Shown here in pieces: positions 35,201 to 48,989 of a DNA stretch of 64,000 nucleotides (its first letter is position 1; every line of letters starts with the position of its first letter). The notes below the pieces were generated by a model. That model was given only the letters and a program-made list of their open reading frames with translations, was not told the origin of the DNA and ran no database searches. A program made the translations under genes and the position numbers. Where the stretch lies: the NCBI RefSeq assembly GCF_009834535.1, contig NC_045696.1:5458001-5522000 (forward strand), read 5' to 3'. This stretch comes from Camelus ferus. Its lineage: Eukaryota.

Positions 35201-37816
35201 CATTTAATCTTATAAGACGGATCCTGGCTAAACCTGTAAGCCTTTCACAACATAGCCTCAAAATATATAACTCCAAAACTGACACTATTACAAGGATAAA
35301 TTGTATTTGTACACATTCCTCTTAGAAAGTATGACAGGCAAACCAGACAGTAATAATAATGATTTAATGAAGAAAACAAACTTCATTTAATAGTTATATA
35401 GAGAAATAAACAATAAACATTCTTTTTAATTGTACTTGTACCATTTATAGGAACTAAAAATCTACACAAAAGCATAATGGAAAAAAATGTATGTTTTGAA
35501 ACCTTTCAGTGTATACATGAAATAATTTATGGCTTAAAGAGGACTTCACAATGGATATTTTAAACCAAATAACAATGAAAGAATAAAGTATGAAAATCCA
35601 TGGAATGCAACTAAAAATCACTTAGGAATAAATTTATAGGTTGAAAAAGAAAGATTTAAAATAAATTTTAAAAATAAAAAATAAAATAAATTAAGCATAT
35701 AATTCCAGAAGGTAGAGAAAAGACAATAAACATAAAAAAGGCAAAAACTAGGGGAAATGAGGAAATAAGTAGCAAGGAATGAAATACAGAATAAAACAAA
35801 CAGAGAAGATATCTACATATTCAAAAACTGTTTATTAGAAACACTAATAAGTAAAGTTCTAGAAATATTTAACCAGAAAAGAGAAAGGGGGCACAAATAA
35901 ATCAGACTGAAAATGGGAAAAGTCACAACCACAAAGAAAGAAACATTTAAAAAATCATAATGGAATGTTATGAACAGCTTTACGTAATAAATTTCAGCAC
36001 TTTCACTCGAAGAAGAAATAGAACCTGAATCAATAAATAACAATTAAAGATATTGTACCTGTAATCAAAATTCTACCTCACCCCACCCTGAAAGACTTAG
36101 ACAAAAAGAAAGACAAAATCCAAAAAGACTCAGAGGTAAACTTTACTAAATTTTAATGGAACCCAAAAAAAATCCTTCTTTTGTATAAGCTCCATCAGAG
36201 AAATAGGGGGGAAAAAATCTCAACTTCAGATAGGGAAAGTAAAGGAAACGAAAATTATGATCAATATCTCCTTCAAAGATAATTAGGAAAGTTCCTAAAT
36301 AATATATTAGATTTTTATTAATATACTATATAAGTAAATTAAAAGAAGGAAAAAATACATGATTGTCTTTAAGGATGCAACCAAAAATACATACAATCAA
36401 TAAAATTCAACACTAATTCATAGTAAAGGAGGGAAATTTCTTAATTTGACAAAAGGGTATTTATCAAACTCCTAACATGAACGTCATACTTAGTAGTGAA
36501 ACTTGAGAGAATTCACATTAAGGTCAAGATCAAGACAAGAATGTCTACTATCACTGCTTTTATTAAATATTGTACTCAAGGTCCTAGCCAATGCAATAAG
36601 ACCAGAAAAAGAAATGAGATACAAGAATCAGAAGAAAAGACACTAAGCTATTATTTACAGAAAATACTGTATCAAACCCAATAGTCTAGGTTATGCCGCA
36701 TTAACAAACCACCCCAAAATCTCAGGTATAAAGACTACATATAAATTATTATAACCAATAAGAAAATTTATCAAATTTATCAAACCTCTATGTTATTATT
36801 ATTAAAAACACGAAACTTCAATCTAATCCTAAGAAAATGTCAGGCAAATCCAAACTGAGGAACATGCTACAAAGTCACTGCCCTGAACTCTTCCAAAATG
36901 TCAAGTTTATGAAAGATGAAAAAGGACTAAGGGACTATTACAGATTGAAGATGGTTAAGAAGGCATGCCAACCAAATGCAATACGGGATTTTGGCTGGGA
37001 TCCCAGAACAGAAAAATGACATTAGCAAGGAAAATGGCAAAATTGAAATGTCGGAAGATTAATTAAGAGTACAGTGTCAATGTTAATTTCCAGATCTCAA
37101 TAACTGAACTATTAATGTTAATATCTTGCATAACCATGTAAGGGGGAAGCTGGACAAAAGATACATAGGAACTCTCTGTGCAAGTTTTGCAACTTTCCTG
37201 TAAGTCCAGAATTATTTCAAAATAAAGAGTTTTCAAAGCAGCATACATTATCAACAAAAATCTCACTCACAAGGGCATCAGAAACTATAAGAAAGGTATC
37301 AAGGACTAAATCTAACTAAAGATGTGCAAGACTGCTCTCTTATAAAATGTTATTAAGGGACACTCAATGAACAATGTAACAAGTAGCGATACAATAAATA
37401 ACAAACATAACAAAAAGACTTGAAGTATGTGTAGGCATACCATAGGTATAGATGGAAGATGCAATGTCATAACTATGCTGTCACTTCTCCCCACAGCTAA
37501 AGAATCCAGAACAAGCAGGGGAAACTTACCCTATCTGAGCAAGACATACAAAGAAAGCACTGTGGTACTGGCGCAGAGACAAGGCAAACCACAAAACCAT
37601 GACAAACAGAATAGAAGTCTCAGAAACTGACCCACAAATTTTTAAACTTAGGACAAATGAACCTAAAATCCATATGTGGAATAAAAGACCTAAAATAACT
37701 AAATACGCTATAAAGATAAACCAAGTGGGAAATTTTGCTTAATATATTGTGACTTAGTGTAAGTCTAACCTAATGAAGTTAGTGAGGTATTTGTGAGCTA
37801 TAGAGAAATAGACCAA

Positions 37817-38168
37817 AGTTATGGATGGCATTTCCCCCCCCAAAAAAGCTCTAAGCCCAGTGTGACTGTATTTGAACACAGGGCTTTTGGGAGGTAATTA
37901 AAGATAAGTGAGATCAAGGATGGGGTTCTAACCCAACATGATGGCCTTATAAGAATAGGAAGAGAGAAGGACCTCACTCTTTCACATGAGGACACAGCCA
38001 GAAGGCTGCCATCCGCAAGCCAGCAAGAGAAATCTCATGAGAACCCAGCCCTGCTGACACCCTGCTCTCCCACTTCCAGCCTCCAGAAGCTGTAAGAAAA
38101 TTAATTTCTGTGGTTTAAACCACCCAGTCCATAGCATTTTGCTAAGGCAGCCTGAGCAGGTCAAGACA
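37817..38168 (+). mobile_element. MaLR LTR (MLT1A-like) inserted in L1
   Basis: MLT1 body flanked by a 5-bp TSD accaa (37812-37816, 38169-38173). Confidence 0.88.
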
Positions 38169-38427
38169 ACCAATAAAACAGAATAGATAGCCCAGAAATC
38201 CACACGTCTGTGCACAGAAATGGTATCACACGTCACCAGGGAAAGGACTGCCTGTGAATGAATGAGCTGGGACTGCTGACTATTCATAAGGAAAAACTAA
38301 ATTTGAATCCCTAGCTCACTACATATCAAAAATAAATCCAAGGAGGATCAAAAATCTAAACATAAATAGCAGGACTTGAAAGCTTTTAGAACAAAATAGA
38401 CAAGACTATCTTTAAAATTTGAAAGGA

Positions 38428-38742
38428 TGAATTTATATATAAAACAGAAACAGACTCACAGACAGAGAATTCAGACTTGTGCTTGTCGAGGGGAGGCGAG
38501 TGGGAAGGGATAAACTGGGAGTTCAAGATTTGCAGATACTGACTGGTATATATAAAATATATAAACAAGTTTATACCCTATAGCACAGGGAAATATATTC
38601 AATATCTTGTAGTAGCTTATGGTGAAAAAGAATATGAAAATGAGGATATATGTATATTCATGAATGACCGAAGTATTGAGCTATACACCAGAAATTGACA
38701 CAACATTGTAAACTGACTGTACCTCAATAAATAAAGTAAAAA
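38428..38742 (+). mobile_element. Lineage-specific L1 3' end
   Basis: aaaacagaaacagactcacagac...agcacagggaaatatattcaatatcttg...ttgacacaacattgtaaactgac...aataaa. Confidence 0.88.
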
Positions 38743-40133
38743 ATTAAAACCTTAAAGGGGGGAAATAGACCGTTTACAGAAGAATGATTATTTGATATAA
38801 ATATGTGTATTTTTATTATTATATATACATATGTATGAACAGATGCTTTACTAGAATCAGGCAAGTGCACATTAAAACAGATACTATTTCAAACCCGTCA
38901 AATGAACAAAAAATTCAAAGCCCAATAATTCTAAGTTTTGATGAGAAACAGAAACTAAGCTATGAGTTATACAGTAGGTGGGGGTTTAAAGTATTACAAC
39001 CACCTTGGAAAGCATTCTTTGGTATCCAGGAATGGAAATAACACGGCCTTTCACCCAAGTATTCTTTTCTAGAAATGCACTCTAAAGGAAACTCACACAT
39101 GTGTGCAAAAAGTGACACAAGCATACAAGAATGCTGCTGTCATGTTGTGAATTTCCAAGAACTTTCCGAGCAACTTTGAATAAAATTACAGGAAAAACAA
39201 AGAGACTAAGTCCACCAGCCATAAAATCGTAATTATCCACAATTCCATCTCCAGCTCCTCCTTCAACTCATCAGGCAACGAAAAGGCAGCGAAAAACCTG
39301 ATACCCACAAATGGAAGCCCTGGGAAGAAAGCACATTTCACAGAAGGACAGAAGCAATCAAGGACACACCACTCAAATTATGTCTGAAGGCACAGGTGAA
39401 CCTGCCCTTGTTAAGTATACTTGGCATAAAAAGAGCTGGTAGAGAGTATACACGTACTAACAACAGAAGAAAAGGGGAAAGCAGAGTGCAGGAGCCAGGG
39501 CGGAAGGAAATACACTCCCAGCAGTGGGTGGGGAGTTCTCACCCAGGTCCTGGCGATGCTCAGCGAACACAAGAGAAGTATCTCTGGATGGATATTTCAT
39601 CATCCCTGCTCCCACTTCTAGATGGATCATTTTTTGCTTTGAGATGAACTTGGAATATTTCATTAGAAGCTGGATTACTACTTCAAAACAATGACTTTTA
39701 AAGCTGTCTGTGGAATACCACGCACTTAAGGCTTTAAAAATATTGACCACACCTTAAGCTACAAAAAAAATTTTTTTTTATGGTAAATGATCTGCTGCTC
39801 CAAGAAACTAAAAACATACAATCAGCAAAACAAGTAAGGAAACATGAGATGATAAGGGGAAGGAATGAGATTAAAAAGTAACCTCCAGAGTTCAGGAAAC
39901 ACTCTGAGAGCGGAACACCTCCACAAAACCCATAGATGAACTAGAAATAGGAAGAAACAGAAAAGACAGGGCTGAAAACTTAAACAGTAACACTCAGGAA
40001 TGGCTTCAAATAGTTACCCAGTCAGAAGTTAAATAAAAGGGACCAAAACTGAGACAACAAATTAAACATGGTGCCCCCTGACATTAATAATTTTATTCCA
40101 GGAATTCTGCTGTTGCTCAAACAGTTTGGGCAC

Positions 40134-40142
40134 TTTTTTTTT

Positions 40143-40175
<33 letters not shown>
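40134..40175. repeat. Poly-T tract
   Basis: Directly visible, ~40 nt with one C. Confidence 0.95.
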
Positions 40176-40177
<2 letters not shown>

Positions 40178-40274
40178 AATTGCTTTTAAAACAAGGGTTT
40201 TTTTTGGTTTGGTTTGGTTTTTAATTCAGTGAAAGAAAACTAGTTTTGTTACTTTATTTTCACACCTCATTCTT

Positions 40275-40417
40275 TTTTATTTATTTATTTATTTTTTTGA
40301 GAAGGGAGGTAATTTGATTTATTTATTTACTTACTTAATGGAGGTACTGGGAATTGAACCCAGGACCTCATGCATGTTAAACATGCACTCTACCAATTGA
40401 GCTACACCCTCCCCTCC
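40275..40417 (-). mobile_element. tRNA-derived SINE (camelid-type)
   Basis: Reverse complement has tRNA-like head (gtagctcaattggtagagtgcatg...gggttcaattccc, A and B boxes) and AT-rich tail; 14-bp TSD cacacctcattctt/cacacctctttctt. Confidence 0.9.
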
Positions 40418-40489
40418 CACACCTCTTTCTTGATCCAAAACAATTTTATACCACAGGGTTAAGTGCTTGACATATAATAAGCAAATGAA

Positions 40490-40670
40490 ATATAAATGTA
40501 ACCATTTAATCCTCGTAACACCCCTGATGAAATAAATACTATTACTATCTTTGATTTCAATTGAGGAAATTGGGGCATAGAGAAATTAAGTAACTTGCCC
40601 AAGGTCACATAAAAGTACCCGACGGAGCTGGGATGGGAACCCAGATGTCTGGCTTCAGAGCCCAAACTCT
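40490..40670 (-). mobile_element. MIR SINE
   Basis: tgaggaaattggggcatagagaaattaagtaacttgcccaaggtcaca core. Confidence 0.9.
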
Positions 40671-41989
40671 CTCTCTCCATGAACGCATGAACAGACCATC
40701 AGCTACTTCCTTTGCACAACTTGATTTCAAACGATTTATGGCTCTTTTTCTTCTATTGAGGCTCCAGGGAAAATGTTCAAAACTAGATATGAAAATTCTA
40801 ATTGAATGAGTCTCACTCCATGATACCCCTATCTCTTAATTCTGGTTTTCAGTGAAGGCCACGTTAGTTGTCAAAATCTCTATGCATCACCTCACCCACT
40901 GCTTCACCTCACCTTTTCCAACCCAGGTTCAGGTTAACCCTCACTCCCTCTGTAAGCAAGGAGAAGTCTTGTCAAAACCCACAGGAGGCCAGCCACCAAG
41001 CTGGAAGGAGCCTCAGGCCAAGGGCAAAGGAGAAAAGTCTGGAATTGAGAGGGTTGGAAGGAGTCCTCGCCCATTCAAGGGACTTTCCTGGGGGGCAGGG
41101 AGGGGCAGCAGAGGAGAAAGGTCAACAGGACACCACAGGAAGTTACAAACTTGGGTCACCCAAGACCACCAGTGAGAGGGTGGACAGGAATAAAGCTGTG
41201 AGCAACGAACTGTTGACAGTTATATTCAGGGGGAGAGGGCTGTGGTGGTTCAAAGACTGCCAGGTTCATCTTAGCATCCCAGGCAGCTGGGGAGAGGCTG
41301 ACCAGGGCCAAGCAGCATTTTTGACCACCGGAACCAGGTTCCTGGATGAGGATCTAGTTCTGGCAGAGAACCAAGTAAAAATGTGATCAGAAGCCTGATC
41401 AAAGGGACAAGCATGGTAGGGGAGGAGGGGGGTCCCTGGGACACCAGTGCCTGGCTGCCCAGGTAGGACGCGATGGAGCCCCTGACCCTCTTCCAGGACT
41501 GGTCTGAACTGACCTGAGTCTGAGTCTGAGGAAGGAGGGCTGTGCACTGGTGTCCCCAGTGAAAGGATGGAGACTGTCACCCATGCAAGGACGCCTGGCC
41601 AGGCATGTACCTGGTCATGAAACCAGACATGAATTGTGGTCTTTGTTTATTCATAACACCTACTTAGAAACCCTACAAAAGAAAGCGTGCCCGTGTCTGG
41701 AAGAAACTTTGCAAAGATGGCCCTGTCCCTGTCAATTTTTTGAGGTAACAGGTTGTGAAATATCTTTACACTCTGAGTTGCATTTCCAGAAGGTAAACAG
41801 CAGTGGACCTCACACTGAAACCCTCTCTGCACATATCAGAGCTTAATTATTTTTAAATTTACCTAACAAAGGAACTATATAAGATGAACTGATTTGAGAA
41901 GGAAAAAAATGAAAGGATGGAGAAAATAGGACTTTAATAGATATGCAGCTATTCCTTTAAAAGAAGAGAGAGAGGTAGATAGATTTTTT

Positions 41990-42222
41990 TTTAACCATGT
42001 TGTACATTACATCCCCAGGATTTACTTCTCGTAACTGGTAATCTATACCTTTTGAGCCCTTTCACCCATTTTGCCCACCCTGACTCTGCCCCACCCCCAC
42101 TCCCCACCCCCACCCCAAGCCTCTGCCAACCACCAGTCTGTTCTCTATGAGTTGATTTTTTTTGGTTTTTTGTTTGTTTTAGATTCCACATATAAGTGAG
42201 ATCATACAGTATTTTTCTCTGA
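41990..42222 (-). mobile_element. L1 3' fragment
   Basis: tagattccacatataagtgagatcatacagtattt. Confidence 0.85.
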
Positions 42223-43235
42223 TTTCTTTCTCTCAAAGGAAGATATTCAATGCTGTCTCTAAATTGAAACAAACTGCCTATTACATGTAGGGGTTTAAAA
42301 GGCAAAGCCATAAAAGATGAGGCAGCTACAAGACTGTATAACTTAAACTGAAACATTTTATGACATGTAAGGATGGGCAGAATCAGCATGCATTGTACCC
42401 ACAAATGTGACTCTAGGAACTTCCTGTCTATTAAATCCACAGCAGCCATTCCCCACCCCTCCCCACCCCCAACCCAGCGCTCACTGGAATGTGACACTTT
42501 CTCAGATCTTCATCTTCATTAAATTCTACTCCTCCATCTCCTGCATCAAAAGCAGAAACAGTAAACGACAGAGACACGGAGATAAGAGGTGATGTTAATA
42601 TTTACACAAGGTAAATACATAAAATTATTTTGAAGTTTGTCATACTAATATAAAGGAAGAATGGAAAGTAACTTCACCATATCTGATTGCTGCTGATTTG
42701 GAAAGGGTCTTCTATTCTTGGAAGCTGTATTTAACCCTAACAAGTCAGAAAACTAAACAAACAAAGTGAAACAGAAACAGGATTTTTTTTTAAATTTTAG
42801 ATGCACTATTTTCCATTCATATCTCTCTCTCTCACACACACACATACACAGCTGGCAGAGATATTGCAAAAATGTCAGTTATAAAATTGTAAGGCACCTC
42901 CCTGCATTTAGGAATGACCCAAAGAGAGTCCCTTGCCCCCTCCGCAAAGTCAAAGCTCCACAGACATTCAGTGTAAAGGCCTCTTTTCACCATATTGCCT
43001 GTCAGACCCTCCAAAACGCCCACGCTGCCGGGAGCTGTCTGTGCAGAGTGCTAAGGAGTGGGTTTTGGGGTGTTTTGTTTTTTTTTTTCAGATTGGGTTA
43101 TTCATTTTAACTGTGAGACGTCCCTATCCAAGTTAATTCCCTAGTCTTACGAGCACACCGTGCCCACCCAGTAACACAACGTCCTGGGTGCGCAGTGTCG
43201 CTAGGGATAACACTTCCAAAACAAACACACTGTTA

Positions 43236-43640
43236 TCAATAGCAAGAAATAAGCAAATCAACCAATTCAAAAACGGGCAAGAAACTTGAACAGACTTTTT
43301 TTTTTCCCGAAGAAGGCATAAAATGGCCAACAGGTACATGAAAAATGTGCTCAACATCACCAACCGTCTGGGAAATGCAAACCCTCGGGGGCATTACGCC
43401 TAGTGAAATAAGCCATAGGGAGAAAAACAAGTACTGAACGGCATCAATCATACCTGGAGTCTTTTCTAAAAAGTGGAAATCATAGAAACAGAGTAGAAAA
43501 AATGGTTGCCAGAGGCTAGAGGGGTGGGGGAAGTAGGGGGAGGTTCTGAATCTAACATATAACAAGGTGACTAGAGTTGGTAACACTGTTGTGTAACTGA
43601 AACTTGCCAAAGAGAGTCTAACTTAAATGTTCTCAACAAC
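43236..43640 (+). mobile_element. L1 fragments (ORF2 end / 3'UTR)
   Basis: atggccaacaggtacatgaaaaatgtgctcaacatcac...gtgaaataagcc...aaatgttctca. Confidence 0.85.
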
Positions 43641-43739
43641 AATGACAAAAGATACATTTTAAATACGAATATACACCGTTAGACCTGTAATTTTGTCTGT
43701 AACCATTTCCTTTTCCTTAATTTAAAACAGAAAGAAAAG

Positions 43740-44360
43740 ACGTCAAGCCCGCAGTCCGCGGTCCTCCGGCGTGCGCTGGCGGGCCCCCGCGCCCGGGTCC
43801 GGGTCCGGGTCCCCCGGGCCGCGCCTCCCGCGCCCTCGCACCCCCCGGCCCCGCCGGCCCTCACCGTGAGCCCGGCACTCCGGCGACCTCAGAGCCGCAT
43901 CCCCGCCGTCCCCGGAGGAGCTGGGTCCCGGCGGAGCACTGCGGTCCCCTCCGCACAGCATTTAGGAGGTGGGAGGAGCGGTGCGCGGTGCGCACAGGAA
44001 ATCTGATAGGTGACGAGGCGGCGGGCGGGCGGGGACGCGGGGCGCAGCGGCTGGGGGTGGCGGGGCGCCCCGAATCCGCGTCAGCGCCCCACGCAGGGCT
44101 CGGGAAAGTGGCAGGACCCACGCGCCGATCGCCGGGAGCGCGCGCGGGTGGTGGGGGAAGGCGACAGACGCTGTCTGCCGTGTTCCGCTTTCATCGCCCG
44201 CGAGGGAAGAGCATCTTTCACGGAGCACCAGACGTTCACGATGGTGGAGTCTGCTCAGGTCCCCTTAGGCCGAGGCTTTGAGTTGACCGTCCTGCCCTCC
44301 TGGGAAACGGTCCCAAAGTTAACATTGAAAACGCTCTCGGTGCAGGAAGGCGCGCGGTCC
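43740..44360. promoter_or_regulatory. B3GALT5: CpG island, B3GALT5 promoter
   Basis: Very high GC and CpG density, GC boxes (GGGCGG, GGCGGGG), G-run clusters and a (CCGGGT)3 repeat; a donor site on its gene-proximal side. Confidence 0.85.
43865..43960 (-). other. B3GALT5: Probable B3GALT5 first exon (TSS approximate)
   Basis: Donor TCACG|gtgagg at 43865/43864 inside the strongest CpG island, oriented toward the CDS. Confidence 0.65.
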
Positions 44361-45942
44361 CGAGCTTCCCAAACCCCAGATGCCCCTAGAATGAAGGCCC
44401 TTCCCCCTGTCAGCTGAGAGATGCTGTTTTCATAGCAAACAGTTTGGTTCTGAGCAAAGTCAAGGTCAGATAACGGAATGAGGAGTTATAGGGGCTGTTT
44501 AATCCTTAGGACCGCCTGATGACGTATGCACTATTCCTCTCCCTACTTCACAGATGAGCAAACTGAGGCACAGGGAAGTTAAGGAGCTTTAAAGGGGTGG
44601 AGGATGAGCAGTGAGTCGGACGAGAAAGTGCCAATGAGACCTCAGCTCTGTCTGGCAGGGAAAAAGGGGGAAAGAGGGAGGGAGGGAGATTCGTGTACAA
44701 ATATGTACATGTATTTTTTTAGGAGTTGACATAGCGTTAATTATCTAATTCAATGGTTGTCAATCCTGGCTGCACAGTAAAATTGCCTGGGAAAACATGT
44801 GATCCTTCCGGCGCGAAGATGAAGTGAGCTATTGTGGGGGAGAGGGAGGAAGGAGACCCCCCAAAGATTTAGTGCACCGCCGCACCAGCGCCTGAAAGGT
44901 GCAGAACCATTGCAGCGTTGGAGAGGAAGGAAGAGGCCGGGTAGGAGATCAAGTGTGCGGAGCTGTGGGTGGCAGGGTGGGCACCCGCCCCGGGAAGAGG
45001 CTGATCAGAACGTCATCAGCACTAATGGCAGGGCAGCACCATCCCGAGCCTGGGGTGATCGGCCTCCCCCGCGCTTCTGCACTGCACTCGGTTTGTACAG
45101 CACGTTTCCTGGAGTCACCGAAAGGGCCTCCCAGCTGAGCGTTTTTTAGCCAGCATAGCCAGATGCATGCAGCCACCGCAGCCCTTAGGTGGGGCTGGCC
45201 GTGTCCAGAGGGTGAGGGAGCTGAAGCCCAGCCTCGCCTCCCACCCCAGCCCTAGCCCTCCTCAAGCCCCTCCCAATCCCGCCTTTTTTTCCTAGCGCCG
45301 CCTCTGTTCCGCGGTGGTACGGAGCCGAGCCTCTGTCAGCCACAGGCACCTTAGCACAGAGGGCTCACCGGCCTGCTTCTGGCTTCCCCGGGGACTGGGA
45401 CACAGGCCAGGTGTCTTTTAATCGCTATGAGAGGAGTAAGGAAGGTGCAGGTTCTAGAGAAGAGGACCCGGGGACAAGGGGACCAAGGGGTGGGGGAGCC
45501 AGTGTCCCCTGAGACTGGAAAGATGAAAAGCCGTCTTGGCAGAGTGAAGCCTGAGGCTGCAATTTGCCTGCCCGGGACTCAGTATTACTGGGTGGTGACC
45601 CTGAGGTCAGTGTGCACAAATCGTGTAGCGTGGGCACCACTGTTAGGTAGGAAAATGCAAGCACAGTCTCCCAACCCAGAGCTCTCCGTCTAAGGCTCGG
45701 CCGCTGGCTGGTGCTGCTAAGTTTCCGGAAAAGCCCAGGCAGTGGCTGCTGTCGCCCCTCCAGCTCAGGGTGGGTCTCACCCGGGAATCTTGCAAACTGC
45801 TCCCCCTGAGCAAAGGGTTTTTGCACAAGCAGAGGCACCTCTGCCCATACATCCCCCACCCCCACCCATTCCCTTTCTGGAGCAGGGCACACGTGACTGC
45901 CAGTCTAAACAGACAGGCTTCCCAGGCTGCTGAGACCCAGAC

Positions 45943-46143
45943 CAGGGGTTCCCAGCCCAGACACAATTGACGTTTCGGATCAGCAAACTCTTTGTTGTGG
46001 GGACTCCCGTGTGTTGTAGGATGTTTAGCAGGATCCTGGCCTCTTCCCACTAGACGTCAGGAGCGCACACACACAAGTGACTGTCTCCTGACGTGGCCAC
46101 ATGTCCCACAGGGAGCAAAGTTGCCCCCAATTGAGAAGCACTG
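45943..46143 (+). mobile_element. MER20 (hAT-Charlie)
   Basis: caggggttc...tgtaggatgtttagcag...cccactaga...ttgagaagcactg termini. Confidence 0.88.
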
Positions 46144-46269
46144 CTCTAAAAGGGAGGATTGGGCCCCAGCAGCCTGCCAATAGCTACAGTGATGGCCCCA
46201 TGAAAAAGGGCTGTTTCTCAGATTGGAAGGCTTCCCTCCATAACAGGGCCCCTGGCTGAAGTCCACTCC

Positions 46270-46600
46270 TTCCAGTCACACTTGCCTCCTGTGCTCCTTA
46301 AACTGGTTGAGCTCATCAGGCTATGCACCTCCTCTCTGTCTGGAATGTTATTCTCCCAGATAACCACTGGGCTCTCCCCGGCTTCACTCAGATCTCTGCT
46401 CAGATGCTGCCTCCCAGACAGGCCTTCCCTGAACCGAGTCTGATGCCCACATCCTCCTACTCTCACCACCTCTATTGTGTCCCCCTACTTGACCCTGCTC
46501 TGCCCCCTGACGCCGCCGAGTGAGGGACTCGGCAGAAGCTCAGCCTGGCACAGAGTGCATGCTTGAACAGTACTTGTTGGATAGAGCAGTGGGAGGATGG
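46270..46600 (+). mobile_element. L2 fragments
   Basis: ctctgtctggaatgttattctcccaga...ttcactcagatctctgctcagatg...cctggcacagagtgcatgct. Confidence 0.75.
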
Positions 46601-48339
46601 ACAAACGGCAGGGATGCGTGTAGGAGCCGGAAGGAGTGGAGCCAGCCCCATTTATGCTGTTGGGTTGTGTCTCGGGTATTGTGGGGGGTGGGGGAAGAAC
46701 TTTTCCCTCCTTGTCTCATCTGATGATCACAGGAGGTGGAGGTTTCCATACTTCGCACTCATCTCAGAGAGCTTAGAGCTGCGGCCAGCAGAAATCCTGC
46801 GCTTCTGATTAAAGAACCTGGTGGAACCATCATCCGTGGCTGAGACAGCCCCAGGGACCCTCACGCAAATTTAGAAAACCCATCAGAGGTTCCAGGCCTG
46901 GGAAATGGTGCTCCCAGGGTAGCCACTCTCCTAATTAGAATCGCTGTGCCAGAGAGGTTTTTTGGGCCCACAGCAGCTTTCTAAAGCGTTAAACAAAGCT
47001 CTCACGGTCCAAGATGAAGGACTGTGAAAACTGAGATTCCGAGCTCAGAGAAGTGGCTCAGGGTCCAGAATATGTGCCCCATGGAGAGAATACTGGCCGG
47101 AGCCAGGATGGTCATAACACAAGACTGTGGCCAGTCACGCCCGCAGGTTAGGATGAGCATGGTCCCTCATTCCTATAAGTCAATGGGACCACACCTTCCC
47201 AGGCCATGAAAGGATCACACTCAGTGGGACCAGAAAGGGTGGTCTACACTGATTTAAAGAGGGTCAGGTTAGGGAGGAAGGCTGAGTTCAGATGACCCCA
47301 GCCACCTCTGAAAAAACAGAGCCCTTCAGCCGTCAGGCCACCACCCAAGTGTAGTAAACAGCATATAAGCTTGCATCAGGAAGTTCTGTATTTCGTACTT
47401 TAATATAAGTATTTTATTTCATTTCAGGATTATTCCAGAATAAAGCAATTGTATGACACATGGAAAACCCAAGGACTCTTAGAGAATGACCACGATTTTC
47501 AGCTGTTGGGATGGTTATTTGTGCGAAATTCTTAGCATAGTGCACCATCATTCATGCGGGGATATGCTTTCATGGACACCTCCAGTTACGGCCGGAGCAT
47601 CTAAACCTCGCCAGATTCTAAAGTCTAAAAAAATTGTGTTTATCCTGTATCTTAAGGACAGAGGTTCCAGGCCAGGGAGGCGACAGAGAGGTGGGGCCAC
47701 AAAGCACGTAGCTGTCCTGGTCCTCCTAGCTTCTGGCTCTGGAAGGTGGCTCCTGCAGCTTCCTCATCTGAACAGTGGGCATCTGAACAGTCGTCACAAG
47801 GGTTACATAAGATAGTACAACCGACACTTACCTCAACATTGTCCTCAGAAGCATTTACCGCCCCCATCTTTAGAGGTACCCACCATCCTGGTCAGAAAAG
47901 CTAACTACCTAGTACGAAATGATTTTTCTGAGGTGTCGAAATCGACTTCACACTCAAAGATTCTTTTACGATTGAGGAGAGTTTCACGTACCGTGCGCTC
48001 TGCTCACAGCTACCAGAGAGGCACCGAAGAAAGGGTCAAGTCTCAGGGACCCTTTGCAAGAGAGGACACTCATTCCAAGCGTATAAATTCTGGAATATTG
48101 GCTTGATACATCGATCGTCCTTTGAGGAGGACATAGTAAAAGATAAAAGTGAGCATCTTTCTCCTTCAGGGACACCCAGTGGCAGAAGAGAGATCAACTT
48201 ATCAATAACTGATGATTTTAGGAGCTGGATCTGGACGTGAATGTTAACAGAAGCTTAACAAAATGGGGTGGGAGAACGAGGAAGAGCCATTTGGTTATAA
48301 ATGGGGGTTGGACTTCATCGTTGTTTTCCATCTTTAAAA

Positions 48340-48505
48340 AAATTTTTATTGAAGTGTAGTAGATTTACAATGTTAGTTTCAGGAGTATAGCAAAGTGATT
48401 CAGCGATGCATAAACATACACACATATATTTTTCTTTTCAGATTCTTTTCCATCATATGTTATTATAAGAAATTGAATATAATTCTCTGTACTATACAGT
48501 AGGTG
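48340..48505 (-). mobile_element. L1 3' end
   Basis: tttattgaagtgtagtagatttacaatgttagtttcagg...tatacagtagg. Confidence 0.85.
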
Positions 48506-48557
48506 TTTTCCCTTTTTTTTTTTTTTTTTTTTAAGCATTAGAAACTCCTTTTTCAAA

Positions 48558-48856
48558 CAGGAACAAACTCACAGACATAGTAAACAATCTTATGGCTACC
48601 GGGGAAAAGGGTTGGGAAGGGATAAATTTGGGAGTTTGAGATTTGCAAATGTTAGCCACTATATATAAAAATAGATTTTTTAAAAATTTTCTTCTGTATA
48701 GTGCAGGGAACTATGTTCAATACCCTGTAACAACCTTTAATGAAAAAGAACATGAAAACAAATACAAGTATGTACATACATGACTGAGACACTGTGCTGT
48801 ACACCAGAAATTGACACAGTGTGACTGACTACTTCAATTAAAAAATTTTTTTAAAA
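48558..48856 (+). mobile_element. Young lineage-specific L1 3' end
   Basis: Perfect 18-bp TSD agaaactcctttttcaaa (48540-48557, 48857-48874). Confidence 0.9.
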
Positions 48857-48989
48857 AGAAACTCCTTTTTCAAATTTCCCAAAACAAGCTAGGTCAGAGT
48901 TGTTCTGCTGGAGGGTTGGGGGTGACCCCAGCCCACTCAACACCCCTCTTCCTTCCATCATGCCAGAGACACCAGGTTAATGCCCCTGG

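Larger units (their letters stand above)
34100..39150 (+). mobile_element. Degraded old L1 (ORF1-ORF2 remnants) with nested insertions
   Basis: A-rich sequence with ORF1-like (ttttccagaattgaag...) and ORF2-like (aaggtcctagccaatgcaataagac, gtggtactggc, ataaatccaagg) blocks; a separate L1 3' end at ~36810-37240. Confidence 0.8.

Noticed and set aside
40275..40417. tRNA genes (also 61412-61535)
   Set aside because: tRNA-like heads followed by AT-rich tails (with a TSD at the first copy) identify these as SINEs.
43679..44417. Multiple ORFs across the CpG island
   Set aside because: Expected artefact of extreme GC content; at most short uORFs.
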